A DNA stretch of 61,362 bases, filler included, from Malassezia furfur (GCA_052055015.1; 9 parts of 9 records of this genome joined end to end with filler, not necessarily neighbours in it), one strand, 5' to 3'; counted from the first letter of the whole stretch, positions 22,270 to 35,791 are shown. Numbers and translations: made by a program. Notes: generated by a model from the letters alone, not told the origin.

Positions 22270-24106
22270 CTACAGACGCGCGAGGCGCTCGCGCAGCACC
22301 TTTTTCTGGATTTCTGTGTGAGCGATGCACACAACGTACTGCCTGTGCTTGTCTTGGGCAGCTCGGTGACGATCTCGTACGTCTTGGGCACAGCAAACTT
22401 GCTCATGTGCTGCCGGCAGTGCGCCTCGAGCGCCTTGGCGAGCGCCGCCGTGGCCGCCTCGGTGTCTTTGCCGGCGAGCGCGCGCTCGCCCGCGCGCGAC
22501 AGCAGCACAAACGCATGCACCGCCTCGCCCCACTGCGGGTGCGCACGCGCCACCACCGCCGACTCGTTCACCCACGGGTGCGCCGCCAGCTCCTGCTCCA
22601 CCATCACCGACGAGATGTTCTCCCCGCCCGAGATGATCACGTCCTTGCCGCGGTCCAAAATCTGCACCTCGCCGCCAGGATGCCGAACCGCCAGGTCGCC
22701 CGTGTGGAACCAGCCGCCGCGCGTCGCCTGCGCTGTCGCCGCGGCGTCGCGATAGTAGCCCTTGAGCGTCATGTTGCCGCGCATCACAATCTCGCCGACC
22801 TCGTGGCCGTCGCGGTGCACGTCCTCGAGCACGGCATCCTCCTGTGCCTCATCCGTGCGCCGCACGACGCGCGCCTCGTCGCTCGTGACCATCGCGTGCC
22901 CTTGGCGCGCCTGCAGCCGCGAGCGCGCATCCAAGTCGAGCGCCTGCCACGCGGTCTCGGCAAAGCGCCGCGTGCTTGGGCCGTACTGCGTCAGTGGCAA
23001 CACGCACCGTCTCTGTGAGGCCATACACGTGCACAGGGTACAGCTGCAGGCCCTCCATGCGCCCAAGCAGCGTCGCGCTCGGCGCACTCGCCGCGACCGA
23101 CACGCGCACAGCGTGGTCGAGGCGCTTGGCCTGCGGCGCATTCACCACGCCGAGCTGCACGGTCGGCGCGCCCGAGTAGTGCGTCACGCCGCCGTGCAGC
23201 AGTGCGTCCCAGATCTGCGCATAGTCCACCTGGCGCAGCATGTAATGCGTCCCCATGCTCGCCGTCACCGCCCAGGGGAAGGTCCACCCACAGCAGTGGA
23301 ACATGGGCAGCACCCACAGGTACACCGAGTCGCCCGCAAGACCCGACTCAATCACGTTGCCCAGCGCGCTCAGATACGCGCCACGGAACGTGTACTCGAC
23401 GCCCTTGGGACGCCCCGTCGTGCCCGACGTGTAGCACAGCGCACACGTCGCCAGCTCGTCGGCGGGCTGCGTCAGCAGCGCCCAGTCGCGCGCGCCGCCG
23501 GCACGCTGCTGTGCAGCCTGCCATGCCGCGTATCCGTGCATCAAGAACGCCTCGTATGCGTCGTCTGGCCGTTGCCCGCCCGAGTCGAGCGACACCACCA
23601 CCGTGACACTCGACGGCAGGTTCGGCGGCACGAGGTGCGCGACCGCGTGGTCCACCAGCACGACCCGCACATCGGCATGCTGCAAAATGTACTCAATCTC
23701 CTTGGGCGAATTGCGGTAGCTAAGTCAGTGCATCGACGTACTTGAGCGGCGTGCAGACCCCGCCGGCGGCCAACACACCAAAGTGCGCATCGGCAATCAG
23801 CGGCACGTTGGGGCTCAAAATCGCGACGCGGTCGCCGCTCGTCCAGCCTGGCACGTTGCGTAGCGCAAACGCCAGGCTCAGCACGCGTGCGGCCCACTGC
23901 GCATAGGTAAAATGGTAGCCCTGCTCGGGGTGCACCACTGCCAGCTTGTCTGGCCGGACGAGTGCAGCGCGCAGCAGGAAATGCACGGGCGTGAGCGGCG
24001 TGACGTAGTGCAGCACGCCGTCGGGTATACGCGAACGCAGCTCAAACGGGCGGTCGCCCGGCGGACGCGACGAGGGCGGCGGCGTGTAAGCGCGGTTCAG
24101 GTGCAT
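22270..24106 (-). CDS. AMP-dependent acyl-CoA synthetase with PTS1-like -ARL terminus
   Basis: PLTPVHFLLRAA, YTSGTTGRPKGV, YGLTET|YGP, GWFHTGDLA, DRGKDVIISGGENISS, LPKTSTG|KIQK...RLARL*. Introns 23720-23741, 22986-23007 and one of ~26 nt near 22315-22340. Confidence 0.9.
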
Positions 24107-24265
24107 CGTGTGGGGAAGCGGCGGGTGGAGGTGGGGGGTGTTGGGGTAGGTCCCTGCGCACGTTTTGGACTCCACCGCGAGGCGAAGGCGGCGCGCGGTG
24201 CATGCGCGGTGCATGGTACGTAGTGCGTAATGCGTCGTGTGCGCTTATGCACGCATCCCTATCGT

Positions 24266-25796
24266 CTACTTCGACAGGACACTGTCAGCACACTCCTGCA
24301 GGATACGGAGCGTCTTTTTGACGTGCTCCTCGGTGGTCGCCGGCGCCCCCACCACGAGGCGCTCGCAGTACCCCACCTCCGGCAGCACCGTCGGGCTGAG
24401 GAACAGCTGGTCACTGCGCTCGAGCAGCGCATCGTTCAGCGCGTGGTTCAGCGCATCGACGTCCGTCGACTCGTCCGGCGCGCGCAGGCGGAACATGACG
24501 AGCCCCCACCGCGGCGGGTTGACGATCTCAAATGCCGGCATCTCGCGCAGCTGGTCGGCGAACGAGCGTGCGAGCGCCATGGAGCGGCGGAGGTGCTCCT
24601 GGAACCCGGTGGTCCCGTAGCTGCGCAGCATAAACCACACCTTGAGCGCACGGAAGCGACGGCCTAGCACGATCTGCAGGTTGCGCAGGTCGTTCAGCGC
24701 ATCGGGGTCCATGCCCTTGCTCTTGAGAATGTCGGGCGTCATCGACAGTGCCTTGGCGAGGTCGTGCCGATCGCGCACAAACGTCGGCGAGCACTCCATC
24801 TGGACGAGGCCCCACTTGTGGAGGTTGGTGGAGAGCGAGTCGAAGTGCGCGTTGAACGCGGCAATGATCCGCTCGGGGCGGTTCTCGGGCAGGCACCAGG
24901 TCACGCCGCCGTACGCCGCATCCACATGGAGCCACAGCAGCGGCGACGACTTGGCGACCTCGGCGATCTCGTCGAGGTGGTCGATCGCACACGAGTTCGT
25001 CGTGCCGTACGTCGCGACGAGCATGAACGGGATGCGCCCGCGCGCCGTGTCCTCCTCGATCGCGGCCCGCAGCGTCTCGCCACGTAGCCCATACTGGTCC
25101 TTGCGCGCGACTTCGAGCGCGCGGAAGCGGATGCCCAGCATCATCGCGGCCTTGGCGCCGACCGAGTGCGTCTGCGTGGTGCCGTACATGACGAGTTTGG
25201 GCAGCATCGCGGCACGCCACCCAATCGGATCCGCGGCGCTCTCGCCGTGCTGCTCGGCAAGCGCACGCAAGGCGCGTTCGCGCGCGGCGATCGCGATCGT
25301 GAGGGTCGCCTCGCTTGCGCCGCCAAGGATCACGCCGCCGCCGCCGTGGCTGAGGTCGTTGGAGTAGAATGCGCTGCTGAGCCCCATCATCTTGGCGAGC
25401 CAGTCGAGCACGATGAACTCGAGCTCGGTGACGGCGGGCGAGGCGTTCCAGTTGAAGCCCGGGTTGGTGAGTGCGGAGGTGTACATGTCGGCGATGATCC
25501 CCTCGTACGTCGCGTTCGACGGGAAGAAGCCAAAGAACATGGGGTGCTGCCAGTGCGTCATGCCCGGCATGATGTGCTGCTCGAAATCGCGCTCGATCTG
25601 CTCCCACGCCTCGCCTTCGGCGGGCGCAGCGTCCGGCAGCGCGCGCGCAAGGTATCCGCGTTCGACCTGTGCGGCGACGGGAAGCTGCTCGATCGTCGCA
25701 TAGTAGTCACAAATCCGGTCGACGGCGGCGTGCGCCGCACGTCGGAAGCTGCGGGTGAGCGCGTGCGCCGCCGCGCACGTACCTCGCGAGGTCCAT
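24266..25796 (-). CDS. Aromatic L-amino-acid decarboxylase (group II PLP)
   Basis: MDLAS|FRRAAHAAVDRICDYY, IMPGMTHWQHP, ASPAVTELE, HVDAAY, STNLHKWG (PLP Lys), LGRRFRALKVWF. Confidence 0.92.
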
Positions 25797-25860
25797 GGTG
25801 GGCGATCGCTCGGCCGAGTCACGTGGTGTTGCCCGCGCGCCGACGCTCACGCACGTCTCC

Positions 25861-27448
25861 ATGGCGGCCGGCGCAAAGGAGCTTGCTGTGTTCGAGCCGG
25901 GGCGCTTCGAGGCGCTCTATGCCGTCCTACAGGCGGTCGCCGAGGCCGCGCCGCATGGCGGTGCCGGCGCGAGCGACTGGTACATCCAGCTCGAGCGCAG
26001 CCGCGCCGTCCTGGCCAACCTCGGCCAGGTGTGTGGAAAACGCGACGCAGAGCGCCGCGAGATGTCCCAGGGCAAGATTGTCCTCGAGGGGCACACACAG
26101 ACGCTGAACGCCGACTTTGTTGCACAGTCGCTCCTGCTCTCAGATGCGCTCAATGTGTCCGAGGTGTATGCCGCGTCGCTTTTGCAGGAGGGCATCCACG
26201 CCAGCACGCGCTGGGCGCGGCCGCCGACCGACGTCGCGGTGCTGCTGCACTACCGCGAGAAGCTTGCGCTGCTTGCGTGCCTCAAGGAGCTCACGGGGTA
26301 CGCGTACACGCTGTGCCTCAGCGACGACGCCGACACGCTGCGCACCGGCGTGCGCATCGGCCGCTTTGTGGATGCGCTGGCGCCCGACGCGGAGCTGGTG
26401 CACCGCGTGGTGCGCGAGTGGGACGCGCTGCGCGACGAGCGTGCGGGCGTGCAGCGTGCGCTGCAGAGCGCGGCCGCCGGCCCTGCGCGCCTCAGCGACG
26501 AGATTCAGCTCGAGCGCCTCGCGTGGATTGCGCAGGCCGAGCAGGAGCTGGGGCATGTCGTGTACATGCTCGCGTTGTCGCGGCGCCTTGCACCTGCGGC
26601 GATCGAGGCGCTGCTCGCGTACGCGGCGCGCCTGGATGTCGGCAAGGCGACGAGCGCCGTGCCGGTGTACGTGCTGACGGCGCTGCTTGCCGCGCTCGAT
26701 ACGACGCCCGACGCGGCCGCCGAGTGGCTCGTGCGGCACGCAGCGGGCACACTGTACAGCATCGAGGCGCTGTGTGAGGACGCCACGTTCCTCAGCGGCG
26801 TGCACAAGCGCGTCACGGGCTCGTGGGCGTCGCAGGGCCTGCGGCGCGTCGTGCTGCTGAGCTATGCGCTCTTTTTGCTGCATGCGATGCAGCGCACGCC
26901 GAGCATCGCGACGCAGGTGCAGGTGTCGGCGGACGCGGCGCACGCGCTCGTTGCCGAGGCGATTGCGCCCGAGGCCGAGGCGTCCGAGAGCGCGCTGCTG
27001 TTCCTGCTGCTGCGCGCGCTCCTCTTCCAGCACCGCGCGGGCGATGCGCTGGACGACGAGGCGGCGTCTGCGCGGGCGCTGCGCGACGTCGACGCCGCGT
27101 TCCAGGAGCACACGCTGCAGCAGGTCGAGCACCTCGTGCTGCAGCTCACCGCGACGCAGCTGCCGCTGCTGCGCAAGCTGCAGCGCGCCGAAGAAGACGC
27201 CGGGTTTGCTGCGCTGCGCGGCGCACGCCCCGGTGCGCCGCCGCCCGCACGGCGGTACGACATCGAGGCGCTGCTGGACCTGATTGCGCTCCTGTGCAAG
27301 GACCGCCCGGACGCCGGTGTGCCGTTCTGGCTCGGCGCCGACCGGCGCATGTCGCGCTTCCTGCACTGGGCGCTCGACATGCGCGAGCCCGGGCAGCAGC
27401 GCGCGCTGCTCGACATGCTCGCGGCGCTCGCGACGGGCGAGCAGTGTG
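25861..27448 (+). CDS. NUP192: Nucleoporin Nup192/Nup205, 3'-truncated
   Basis: GKIVL...LNADFVAQSLLLSDALNVSEVYAASLL...AVLLHYRE..LLACL matches the Nup192 N-terminal pattern. Confidence 0.75.
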
Positions 27449-27548
27449 NNNNNNNNNNNNNNNNNNNNNNNNNNNNNNNNNNNNNNNNNNNNTTAATTAA
27501 TTAANNNNNNNNNNNNNNNNNNNNNNNNNNNNNNNNNNNNNNNNNNNN
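27449..27548. other. Artificial contig linker
   Basis: N44-TTAATTAATTAA-N44. Confidence 0.98.
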
Positions 27549-28472
27549 TGGCACGTCCGGGCTGCTCGGAATGCCGCCCGGCGGGCCGCGCACGCGCCGC
27601 CGGCGCGGGCGGTGCGATGCGGCCATGATGTGGTTCTCGATGCCGCGCCCAAAGCCCTTGGTCGTGGGCGCGCGCAGGTCGCCCTGCTCGAGCACGGTGC
27701 GTATGACGTCCAGCGGCACCTCGTGCAGTTCGCGCATGCGCCGCGCGACCCACTGCGCGGTGCCCTCGGTGGCCGGCGTGCCCAAATCGCGCACGCCGTC
27801 GATGCCGATCGTGTCGCACTGGAAAAACTCCTCGACGCGCCCGTTGGCGAACGTGCCCATGATGTGCGGCCCGATCTCGTACAGGCTCGAGAGCGTGTGC
27901 AGGATGAGCAGCTCGGTGCGCCGCGAGAGCAGCGACTCGCTCCCCACGCCATACACACGCAGCAGCACCGTCGGCGGACTGCACACATACGGCCCACCGG
28001 GCGGGCGGTAGCTCACAAAGAACACGGCGTTGGTGAGTGCGCCACTGATGCGCTTCAGATGCACATAGTCGGCGCGCAGCGGGCGCAGCGCGGCGTCCAC
28101 CTGGTCATCCGTCCAGCCGGGGAGCGTCAGCACGTCGCGGAACATGTCGAGCACCTTGGCGCGGAACGCCTCCGTCTTGGCCTCGCGCGCATCAAGGTAC
28201 CACCCACGCGCGGCAGGGATGCCGGACGCGTGCATGTCCTCTTCGTCGTCGTCGAGGCGCTCCATATCCTCGCCGTCCGAGGCCGCCTCGGCGGCGTCGG
28301 TCACCGACGGGCCGGGCGACCACGTCGCGGCGACGGGCGTGTCTTCGAGGTCATCGAGCTCATCGAGCGTAAGGCTGTCGAGGTCTTCGCCAACGGATTC
28401 GACAAACTCGGGCGACGGCGGGCGATACCACGCCGACGGCGCGCGCCCCGCACCCTCACTCGTGGGGGACAT
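27549..28472 (-). CDS. Choline/ethanolamine kinase, 3'-truncated
   Basis: KRISGALTNAVFFV, VLLRVYG, ELLILHTLS..IGPHIMGTFANGRVEEFF, VARRMRELH. Confidence 0.85.
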
Positions 28473-28524
28473 GCAGTGGATATGCCGGAAGAAATCGGGA
28501 GATCGGGCGCTACGAACGGGCGGC

Positions 28525-31049
28525 CTACAGCAGCGTCTCTTCGAGCCAGCCGTGGTGCCGGCGCGGGCGCGGCGTCTGGGCCTTGCTCAGCGCCGGCTGC
28601 TTGGCGCGCGGGCGGCCGAGGCGCGCGTCAAGGCCCACGAGCACCGCGTCGAGCACCTGCTCAGCGAGTGCGGCGTCCTCAAACTTGGCCCACGCGTCGC
28701 TTGGCTGCTCGCCGAGGCGCGCGTGGAAGAGCGGCGGCTCGTACAGCGCATGGCCGACACGCTCGCCGAGTAGCAGCGCCTGCGTGAGCCAGTGGCTCGT
28801 CTCGAGGACAAATGCAAGCATGGTGCTCAGCGTGATCGAGCGGTTCGGCGGCGAGCCGCCGGCGTACGCGCCGGTGACGGCCTGCAGCTCATCGGGCGAC
28901 GCACGCGCGTGCAGGTTGCGCACCACCACGCCCGCGTACACGGCCGCCTCGACCTCGGCGCGCGTCCAGTTGTGCCGCGTGCGCAGCTGACCGAGACGCT
29001 CGTGGTTCGCGACGATCGCATACCGCAGCGCCGCCGCAAACGCCCACAGGTCCTGCGGCAGCGCACGCAGCTGGGGCAGCAGCGCGTGGTGCGCGTACAG
29101 CCACAGGTCCACACGCGTCTCCTCGGGCAAGTCGGGCACAAATAGCGGCGAGGCGTCGTCGCCCTCGCCGCGATGCGCCGCCAACACCTCCGAGAGCGGC
29201 TTGGACAGCGGCGCTTCGGTGCGCTGCGCCACGCTGTCGAGCAGGTCGACGAGCGGGGGCACAGGCACCTCGTCTTTGCGCAGCGAGTACTCGGTGCGCG
29301 TGTATTCGGTGATCTTGGGCAGCGACGCGAGGTACGCGTCCTGCTCGGTCTGCTCGGCGATGCGCTGCGCAAGGTCCTCGTCCACGGGCTCCTCGTCTTC
29401 GTCCTCGTCCTCGTCCTCGTCATCCTCGTCCTCGTCGTCGTTCTCCTCCGCCGCCGCGGCCTCCTCCGCGGCCTCGTCGCCCTCGATCGTCGCCTTCTCA
29501 AGCTCCTCGACGAGCTCCGGCTCGGGGTCCTTGGCGTCGGGGTGCGCCGCCAACCACACGCCGAGCAGCGCCGACCACACAAACGAGCGCAGGCCACGCA
29601 CCACCACGCGCTGGCTCGGCGGCTCCTCGGGCTCCTCGAGGAACACGCGCGCAATGTAGATGCGCTCGAGCAGCACCGACACCAGCACCTGGTCGAGCTG
29701 GCGCTTCCAGTAGGCCTCCTGGTACGGCTGCAGTGCGCCAATCTCCGTCTTTTCCATGAACCGCTCGATCGCCTCGTCGCGGTTGCCCGGCATGAATGCG
29801 AGCGCGACGGAGTGCATGTTGAGCACGATCGTCTTGCGCATCTCCCACGACACGGTGATCTGCGCGCCGCGGCGCTTGCGGCCATAGTCGACGAGCGCGT
29901 CAAAGGTCTGCGCGAGCAGGCGCAGCACCGGGTCGCGCAGGTCGATCGCGTGCTCTCCGGCGTCCGTGTCGGTGGGCGTGGCGTCGCTCTGCTCCTTGAT
30001 CTCGGTGTACTGCTGTGCAAGCACCTGCGCAATCACCGGCATGCGGTTGTTCACGCCGTGGAACACGGTGTTGAACAGCTCGACGTGCTCCGTGGAGCGC
30101 TGCTCGGTGCCGACGAGCGCCGCAAACACGGGCAGCAAGTTCATCGGGATCTTGAGCTGCGCAGCCGCACGCCCGGACGAGAAGCACCGGAAGCGCACCG
30201 ACTCCTCTTGCAGCGCCGCACGCTCCGCCGGCAGCACCGGCTTGCGCAGCACGTGGGGGAGGTTGGCGAGCTTCGCTGCGGCCTGCTGCTTTTTGCCGCG
30301 CTTGCTCTTGGCCGTGCTCACGGTGGTGAAGCCGTCGTCGTCGTCGGCGGGCGCCTCCTCCTGGACGCCGGCGCCCGTCTCCTTGGCGATAAACTCAATC
30401 GAGCCGAGCGGCACATAGCCCTTGCACTGCGGCGCATTGCCACACAGCACCAGGAAGTCCGAGTCGCGGCTCAGCACGTAGCCCGCACGCTCGTCGGCAA
30501 GCTGCGCAATAGCCACGTCGACCTCCTCGGCGCCGACCTGCGTCTCGACGTCGTACTTGTCGAGTACGCTGAACAGGCACTCGCTCAGGCCGGGCGGCAG
30601 GATGCGCCCGTGCTCAAACTCGGGGTCCGTGCGCAGCTTGGTGCCCGCGCGCATCAGCTTCGCGTTGAGCCGCACGTAGTTCTGCGTGCGCGACAGCGTC
30701 GCGCCGAGCTTCTGGTGCAGGCGGGGGCCGTCGATGACCACGACCAGGTGGAAGCCAGCGGAGCTGGGTTAGGCGTGTGAACGTACCGCAGCGTGTCTAT
30801 CCATGTGCCGAGCAGTAGCTCAAATGCAACCGTCGAGCCGCCCTGGTACACGTTGGTGTTCATCGAGTGCCAGACGTAGTGCACCCACGCCCACGCATCG
30901 ATCACGAGCCAGTCGCCCTTCGACTCGAGCTGCGCAGGCTCGCCATCGACGAGCGCCGAGCCGCTCCCGTGCGGCACAGGCAGCGTCAGCTCACTCGAGA
31001 TGAGACGCTCGGTTTCGTTCGCCCAGCGCGTCAGGCCGAGCACACCCAT
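28525..31049 (-). CDS. Asteroid/FAM120-like PIN (XPG-type) domain protein
   Basis: MGVLGLT...VIDAWAWV...GGS...|VVVIDG...EEVDVAIA...YVLSRDSDFL; 23-nt intron 30764-30786; acidic insertion. Confidence 0.75.
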
Positions 31050-31170
31050 GATGTCTACGAAGAAGAAAGTGAGACGCACGTGATGCCCGTGCGGGCCGGG
31101 GGCGGAGGTGGAGGGAGAGAGCGGTGCGGGGCGTCGGGCGACGCCGCACGGGGCACACGGGCGCCGCCCG

Positions 31171-31942
31171 TTACTCGTCGTCGTCGAACTCGTCGTCGTC
31201 GTCGTCGTCCTCAGCATCATCCTCATCAAACACGTCGCTCGACTCATCGTCGCTGTCCCCGTAGTCGTCTTCCTCGTCGCTCCCATCGTCCTCAGCGTCG
31301 TCCTCGGCGCCCTCGTCGCCGTCCTCGGCCTTGACACGCCGCTTCTTTTTGGGCGATGGTGCGTAGCGCACAGGCTTTTTGCGGGTACGCTTCGCTGGCA
31401 GATCCTCGGGCGGTGGCTTGAGGTCGTCGTCGTCGTCGCTCTCGTCCTTGGCTGCTTTTGTAGGCGCCTTGCGCTTCGGCGGCTTGGTCTCACCCGCGTC
31501 ATCCGCCTCGGCTTCTTCGGCCTTTTCGCGTTCGCGCTCGCGCCAATGCTCCTCCTTCTCGCGCAGGCACGGCGTTATATCCTCTTCGCGCAGCCGGCCG
31601 AGCTCAAAGGCCGCCGTGACCGACGCTTGGTCGCGCGGCTCGAGATCCTCAAACCCATCCTGCGTAAGTGTACCACGTACGAGCTCTTTGGCATCGCCCT
31701 CGACCTCGTTCTTGACGTGCGCCAAAACGCGGTCGGTCGTGCTGCGTGAGTGTCGTGTGCCGTACCATCCCCAGTGCCGCCAGATCATCGACTGCATCAG
31801 CGTTGTCACGTACTGTGTGCCCCTGGATCTCGGTCAGAACGCCAAGCCGAAGCTGCCCCTTTTCGATCTTGGTGCCCGCACACGGCTGCGGACCATGGCA
31901 CGACGCGCGCCCCGTCGACGCGTACTCAATCCGGTAGGGCAT
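31171..31942 (-). CDS. Stand-alone PARP-type zinc-finger protein with acidic tail
   Basis: YRIEYASTGRASC...C..KIEKGQLRLG...|WRHWG|C; introns 31792-31813 (22 nt) and 31742-31765 (24 nt). Confidence 0.82.
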
Positions 31943-31968
31943 GGCGCGACGCGAAGCTGACTAAGCAT

Positions 31969-32775
31969 CTATGTCGGTGCGGCGGCCTCGTCGAGCAGCA
32001 CATACTCGCGGCGGCTCGCGCCAAACTGGCACGTGTCTCCGGACCGCAGCTCGTAGTAGCGCGATGCAGGCACCTCTTCTCCGTTGACCGTACTTCCGTT
32101 GGCCGACTCCAAGTCGATCAAAAAGGGTCTGGGTCAGCCAACTGTACGTACTGGACATAGCGCTGCTCGTCGCCGAACTCGTTGCGTTTCGTGACGAGGC
32201 GGAACTGGATCACGGCATGCTGCTTCGAGCACGATGGGTGCTCCACGGGGATATCAGCGACCGTGCGGTCGCGACCTAGGAGATAGCACGACTGCCGTCC
32301 CAGCACGAGCATATCTAGGTAAGAGATCTCACGTACCAACTTCCTTGCCATCCTTAAATACAAACAGGCGCCAGCTGGTGGCCGGTCGCCGCGCCTCGGG
32401 TGGCTCATGGTACTTGAGCGCGACGCCATTGAGGCTATTGCTCTCCTTGCCTAGGAGTCCTGAGGGCGCAAAGTTGGGCGTGTACGATGCGCCTGGACGC
32501 TCGTTGGGCCGTTCATTCGGCGAGCGCGAGCGACGCGCATCGCGACCGTGGCGCTCAGACCGCTCGGAGCGACCGTGCCGCGCAATGGCATCGTCGTCGC
32601 GCCGCGAGCGCTCTGACCGCTCGCGATCGCGGCGGTCGTGTCGCGCGCTCTCGCTGTCGTACCGCGACCTGTGTGCGTGTCGTTCTTCGTCGTAACGTGA
32701 GCGCCGCTCGCAGCGCTCGCGGTCATCTTTTTCGGGCCGCCGCGCGGCGCGTTCGTGGCGCTCGGCGTCGGACAT
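31969..32775 (-). CDS. PML1: FHA-domain RES-complex splicing factor (SNIP1/Pml1)
   Basis: RD/RS-rich N-term, PNFAPSGLL, LKYHEPPEAR, WRLFVFK, YLLGRD, HPSCSKQHAVIQFR, PFLIDLESANGS. Introns 32315-32336 and ~32129-32151. Confidence 0.88.
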
Positions 32776-32846
32776 GACGCAAACGTGAGTCAACTCCACA
32801 TGCCCTTTTTTTGGCTTCCGACAGCCACTTTCGAAGAACACATAGC

Positions 32847-34294
32847 ATGGGGACGGTGCGTGGCGCCGATGCCGGTGTGGATGCGTTCGTGGCAGCGCTG
32901 CACGCCACGGCGCAGGCTGAATCGTCAAAGCCGCTGATGCGTGCAACGCTGTACACGGTGGACGCCGCGGATGGGCCGCACTCGCTGCTCTCCTGGCGGA
33001 CGCAGGAGTATGCATACCGCCAGTTTAGCCAGGACAAGGACGAGCTGCCGACGCTGGCGCGTGGACTGTTTACCGAGCGCTATGAGACGCCAGATGGGCC
33101 GCACGAGCGCATTGTCGTGCGTGGCTACGACAAATTTTTCAATGTCGGCGAGCTGGGCTGGACGCGCCCCGAGGCGATTGCGGCGGCCTCCGAGGGCCCC
33201 TACACGGTATCGTACAAGGAGAATGGGTGCATCATTTTTGTTGCGGCACTCACGCCTACCGAGCTTGTCATCACCTCGAAACACGCCATTGCCGGGCGTG
33301 ACGACGACGAGCAGCGCGTGAGCCACTCGGCGATGGGCCGCACCTGGCTTGAGCGGCATTTGGAGCACAGCGGAAAGACACAGGCGGATCTTGCCGCGGA
33401 CCTGTGGCGCCGTAATGAGACTGCGGTGCTCGAGCTGTGTGACGATGCGTTCGAGGAGCACGTCCTGGCGTATACCCCCGAGCGTTCGGGACTGCACATG
33501 CACGGTCTGAACGCGAACACGATCGACTTTGCGACGCGTCCGATGGATGAGGTGCGTGCATTTGCCGAGACGTATGGATTCCTGCCCGTGCGCTTCCATA
33601 CGTTTGCGACGCTGGCGGACGTGGATGCGTTTGCCGCCGAGGTCGGCAAGACGGGCTCACTGCACGGCGAGCCGATCGAGGGGTTTGTGGTGCGCACGAC
33701 CATGCCGCAGACGCACGCAAGCGACGCGCCGCGCCCGCCGTATGCGCCCGGTCAGGCATGGTTCTACAAGATCAAGTTTGATGAGCCCTACCTGATGTAC
33801 CGCGACTGGCGCGAGCTGACACGCACCATGCTCAAGGAGCACGACGCATGGCTCGCCCAAAACCCACTGGCGGATGCGATGGAGCGCACGACGCTCGACG
33901 AGGCACCCGCGCAGGACGATACGCCCGAGCCGGCGGTCGTGCAGGCGCAGCAGGACTTCGCCGCAGGGCGCATCAGCAAGAGCGAGCTGAAGCGCGTGCA
34001 GGCCAAGACGAAGCGCAAGCAGCAGGCCAAGAACAAGGCGGACCGTGCTGCAGGCAACGCGCGGCCGACGCCGCCGACGCCGCGCTCGTTGCGCAAGGAG
34101 ACGTGGCTGTATGCACAGTGGTGTTTCGACCTGCTCTATGGCAATCCCGAGAAGCAAATCGCCGCGCAGCCCGAGCTGTTTGCCGCGTTTGCGCAGGGCC
34201 ATGGCATCATTGCGCTCCGCGAAAAGTTTCTCGCGTATCTTGCGACGCCGGCGGGCCAGGCGGCGCTGGCGGCGACCGGCGGGCGTGGCGGCCC
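32847..34294 (+). CDS. TRL1: Fungal tRNA ligase Trl1 (ligase domain), 3'-truncated
   Basis: LPTLARGLF, RGYDKFFNVGE, KENGCII (motif I), SKH, ELCDDAFEEH, EGFVVR, YKIKFDEPYLMYRDWRE. Confidence 0.92.
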
Positions 34295-34394
34295 NNNNNN
34301 NNNNNNNNNNNNNNNNNNNNNNNNNNNNNNNNNNNNNNTTAATTAATTAANNNNNNNNNNNNNNNNNNNNNNNNNNNNNNNNNNNNNNNNNNNN
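34295..34394. other. Artificial contig linker
   Basis: N44-TTAATTAATTAA-N44. Confidence 0.98.
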
Positions 34395-35061
34395 CTGTGA
34401 TGACCGCCATGCGGATGGTGCCGCCCGACGAGCCGTCGCGGCGCATGGCCAGGCTGAGCGCTGTGGGTGAGCGTGGGCCACGTACCGTTCTGGACAAACT
34501 TGAGCGTCTCGTCCTTGTTCCAGCCCGGCCGCCAGTTGGCGTCGCAGAAGCCGTAGATGTACGCCGACCCCGAGCCGCCGATGGCCCACGGCTGCTCAAA
34601 CACGCCGCCGCCGAGCGGAATGTTGAACACGCGGCCGCCGTGCAGTTTGTCCCAGCCGGCGACAATGATGCCTGCGCTGAGCCGGTCCTTGTTCTGGTAT
34701 ATCAGCTCCTGGAACAAATTCGCCGCGACGTCGGTCGGCGGCTGCATTTCCTGCGTGACCGAGTAGAGCTGCAGGTGGTAGGTGACCACGTCCGCGAGCG
34801 CCTGCGTGTCGGCCGCCGAGCCCGAGCGGCAGCAGTAGATGCGGTCCGCGAGGTGCGTGAGCTTGTCGGTGACGCGGTTTGCCTTGGTCAGCTGCGGTGC
34901 GACGCACAATGTATGCTCCCATCGTCGTGCGCGAGTCGGCGCCAATCACCACGCCGCCGTCAAACGCCACGGCCATGATGGAGGTCTGCTGTGAGCGGTG
35001 TGCGACGTACGCCGAGGTCCACCTCGCCCTTCTTGAGCCGCGTCAGGTCGATCGCGTCCAT
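34395..35061 (-). CDS. PRE3: 20S proteasome beta1 subunit, 3'-truncated
   Basis: RLKKGEVDLG|TSIMAV..GADSRTTMGAYI|ANRVTDKLT...CRSGSAADTQ...GGSGS...|RDGSSGG; three ~25-nt introns. Confidence 0.95.
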
Positions 35062-35140
35062 CGTAGTCGAGCGCTGGCGTAAGCGCCCCCGATCTTCCCA
35101 CGTGATCGAGTGGTTGCGGGGCGCTGCGCGACGGACGACG

Positions 35141-35754
35141 ATGGGGCAGCAGGGCTCGCAGTTGCTGAACGACATGGAGCGGAGCACCAACTGTACGTGG
35201 CGCATGCACATACTGACGCAGTCTCCGCTCCCGAGATCCAGCGGCTAAAAAAGCGCTTCCTCAAACTCGACCGCGACGGGTCGGGGTGCATCGACCGCGA
35301 CGAATTTCTGCAAATTCCTGCCATTGCCAACAACCCGCTGGCGCACCGGCTCATCTCGATCTTTGACGCAGAGTACGTTGCACGCTGGCGCTGACCACAG
35401 TGGCGGCGGTTCGGTCGACTTCCAGGAATTTGTGCATGGCCTGAGCGTGTTTAGCAGCCAGGGCAGCCGGGAAGAAAAGTTGCACTGTACGTGTGCACGG
35501 CGACTAACGGTGCAGTTGTGTTTAAAGTGTACGACATGGACCGTGATGGCTACATCTCGAATGGCGAGCTGTTCCTCGTGCTCAAAATGATGGTCGGCGG
35601 CAACCTCAAGGACCAGCAGCTGCAGCAGATCGTCGACAAGACCATCATGGAGGCGGACAAGAATGGCGACGGCAAACTCGACTTTCACGAGTTTCTCGAC
35701 ATGGTGAACAACACCGACGTGGCCAAGCAGCTCACGCTCGAGGATTTGTTCTGA
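35141..35754 (+). CDS. CNB1: Calcineurin regulatory subunit B
   Basis: MG start, [21 protein letters not shown], four EF hands, [34 protein letters not shown]; three short introns. Confidence 0.96.
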
Positions 35755-35791
35755 GCGCCAGGGAGGGTACTGTTTCATTAGATGTAAATGG

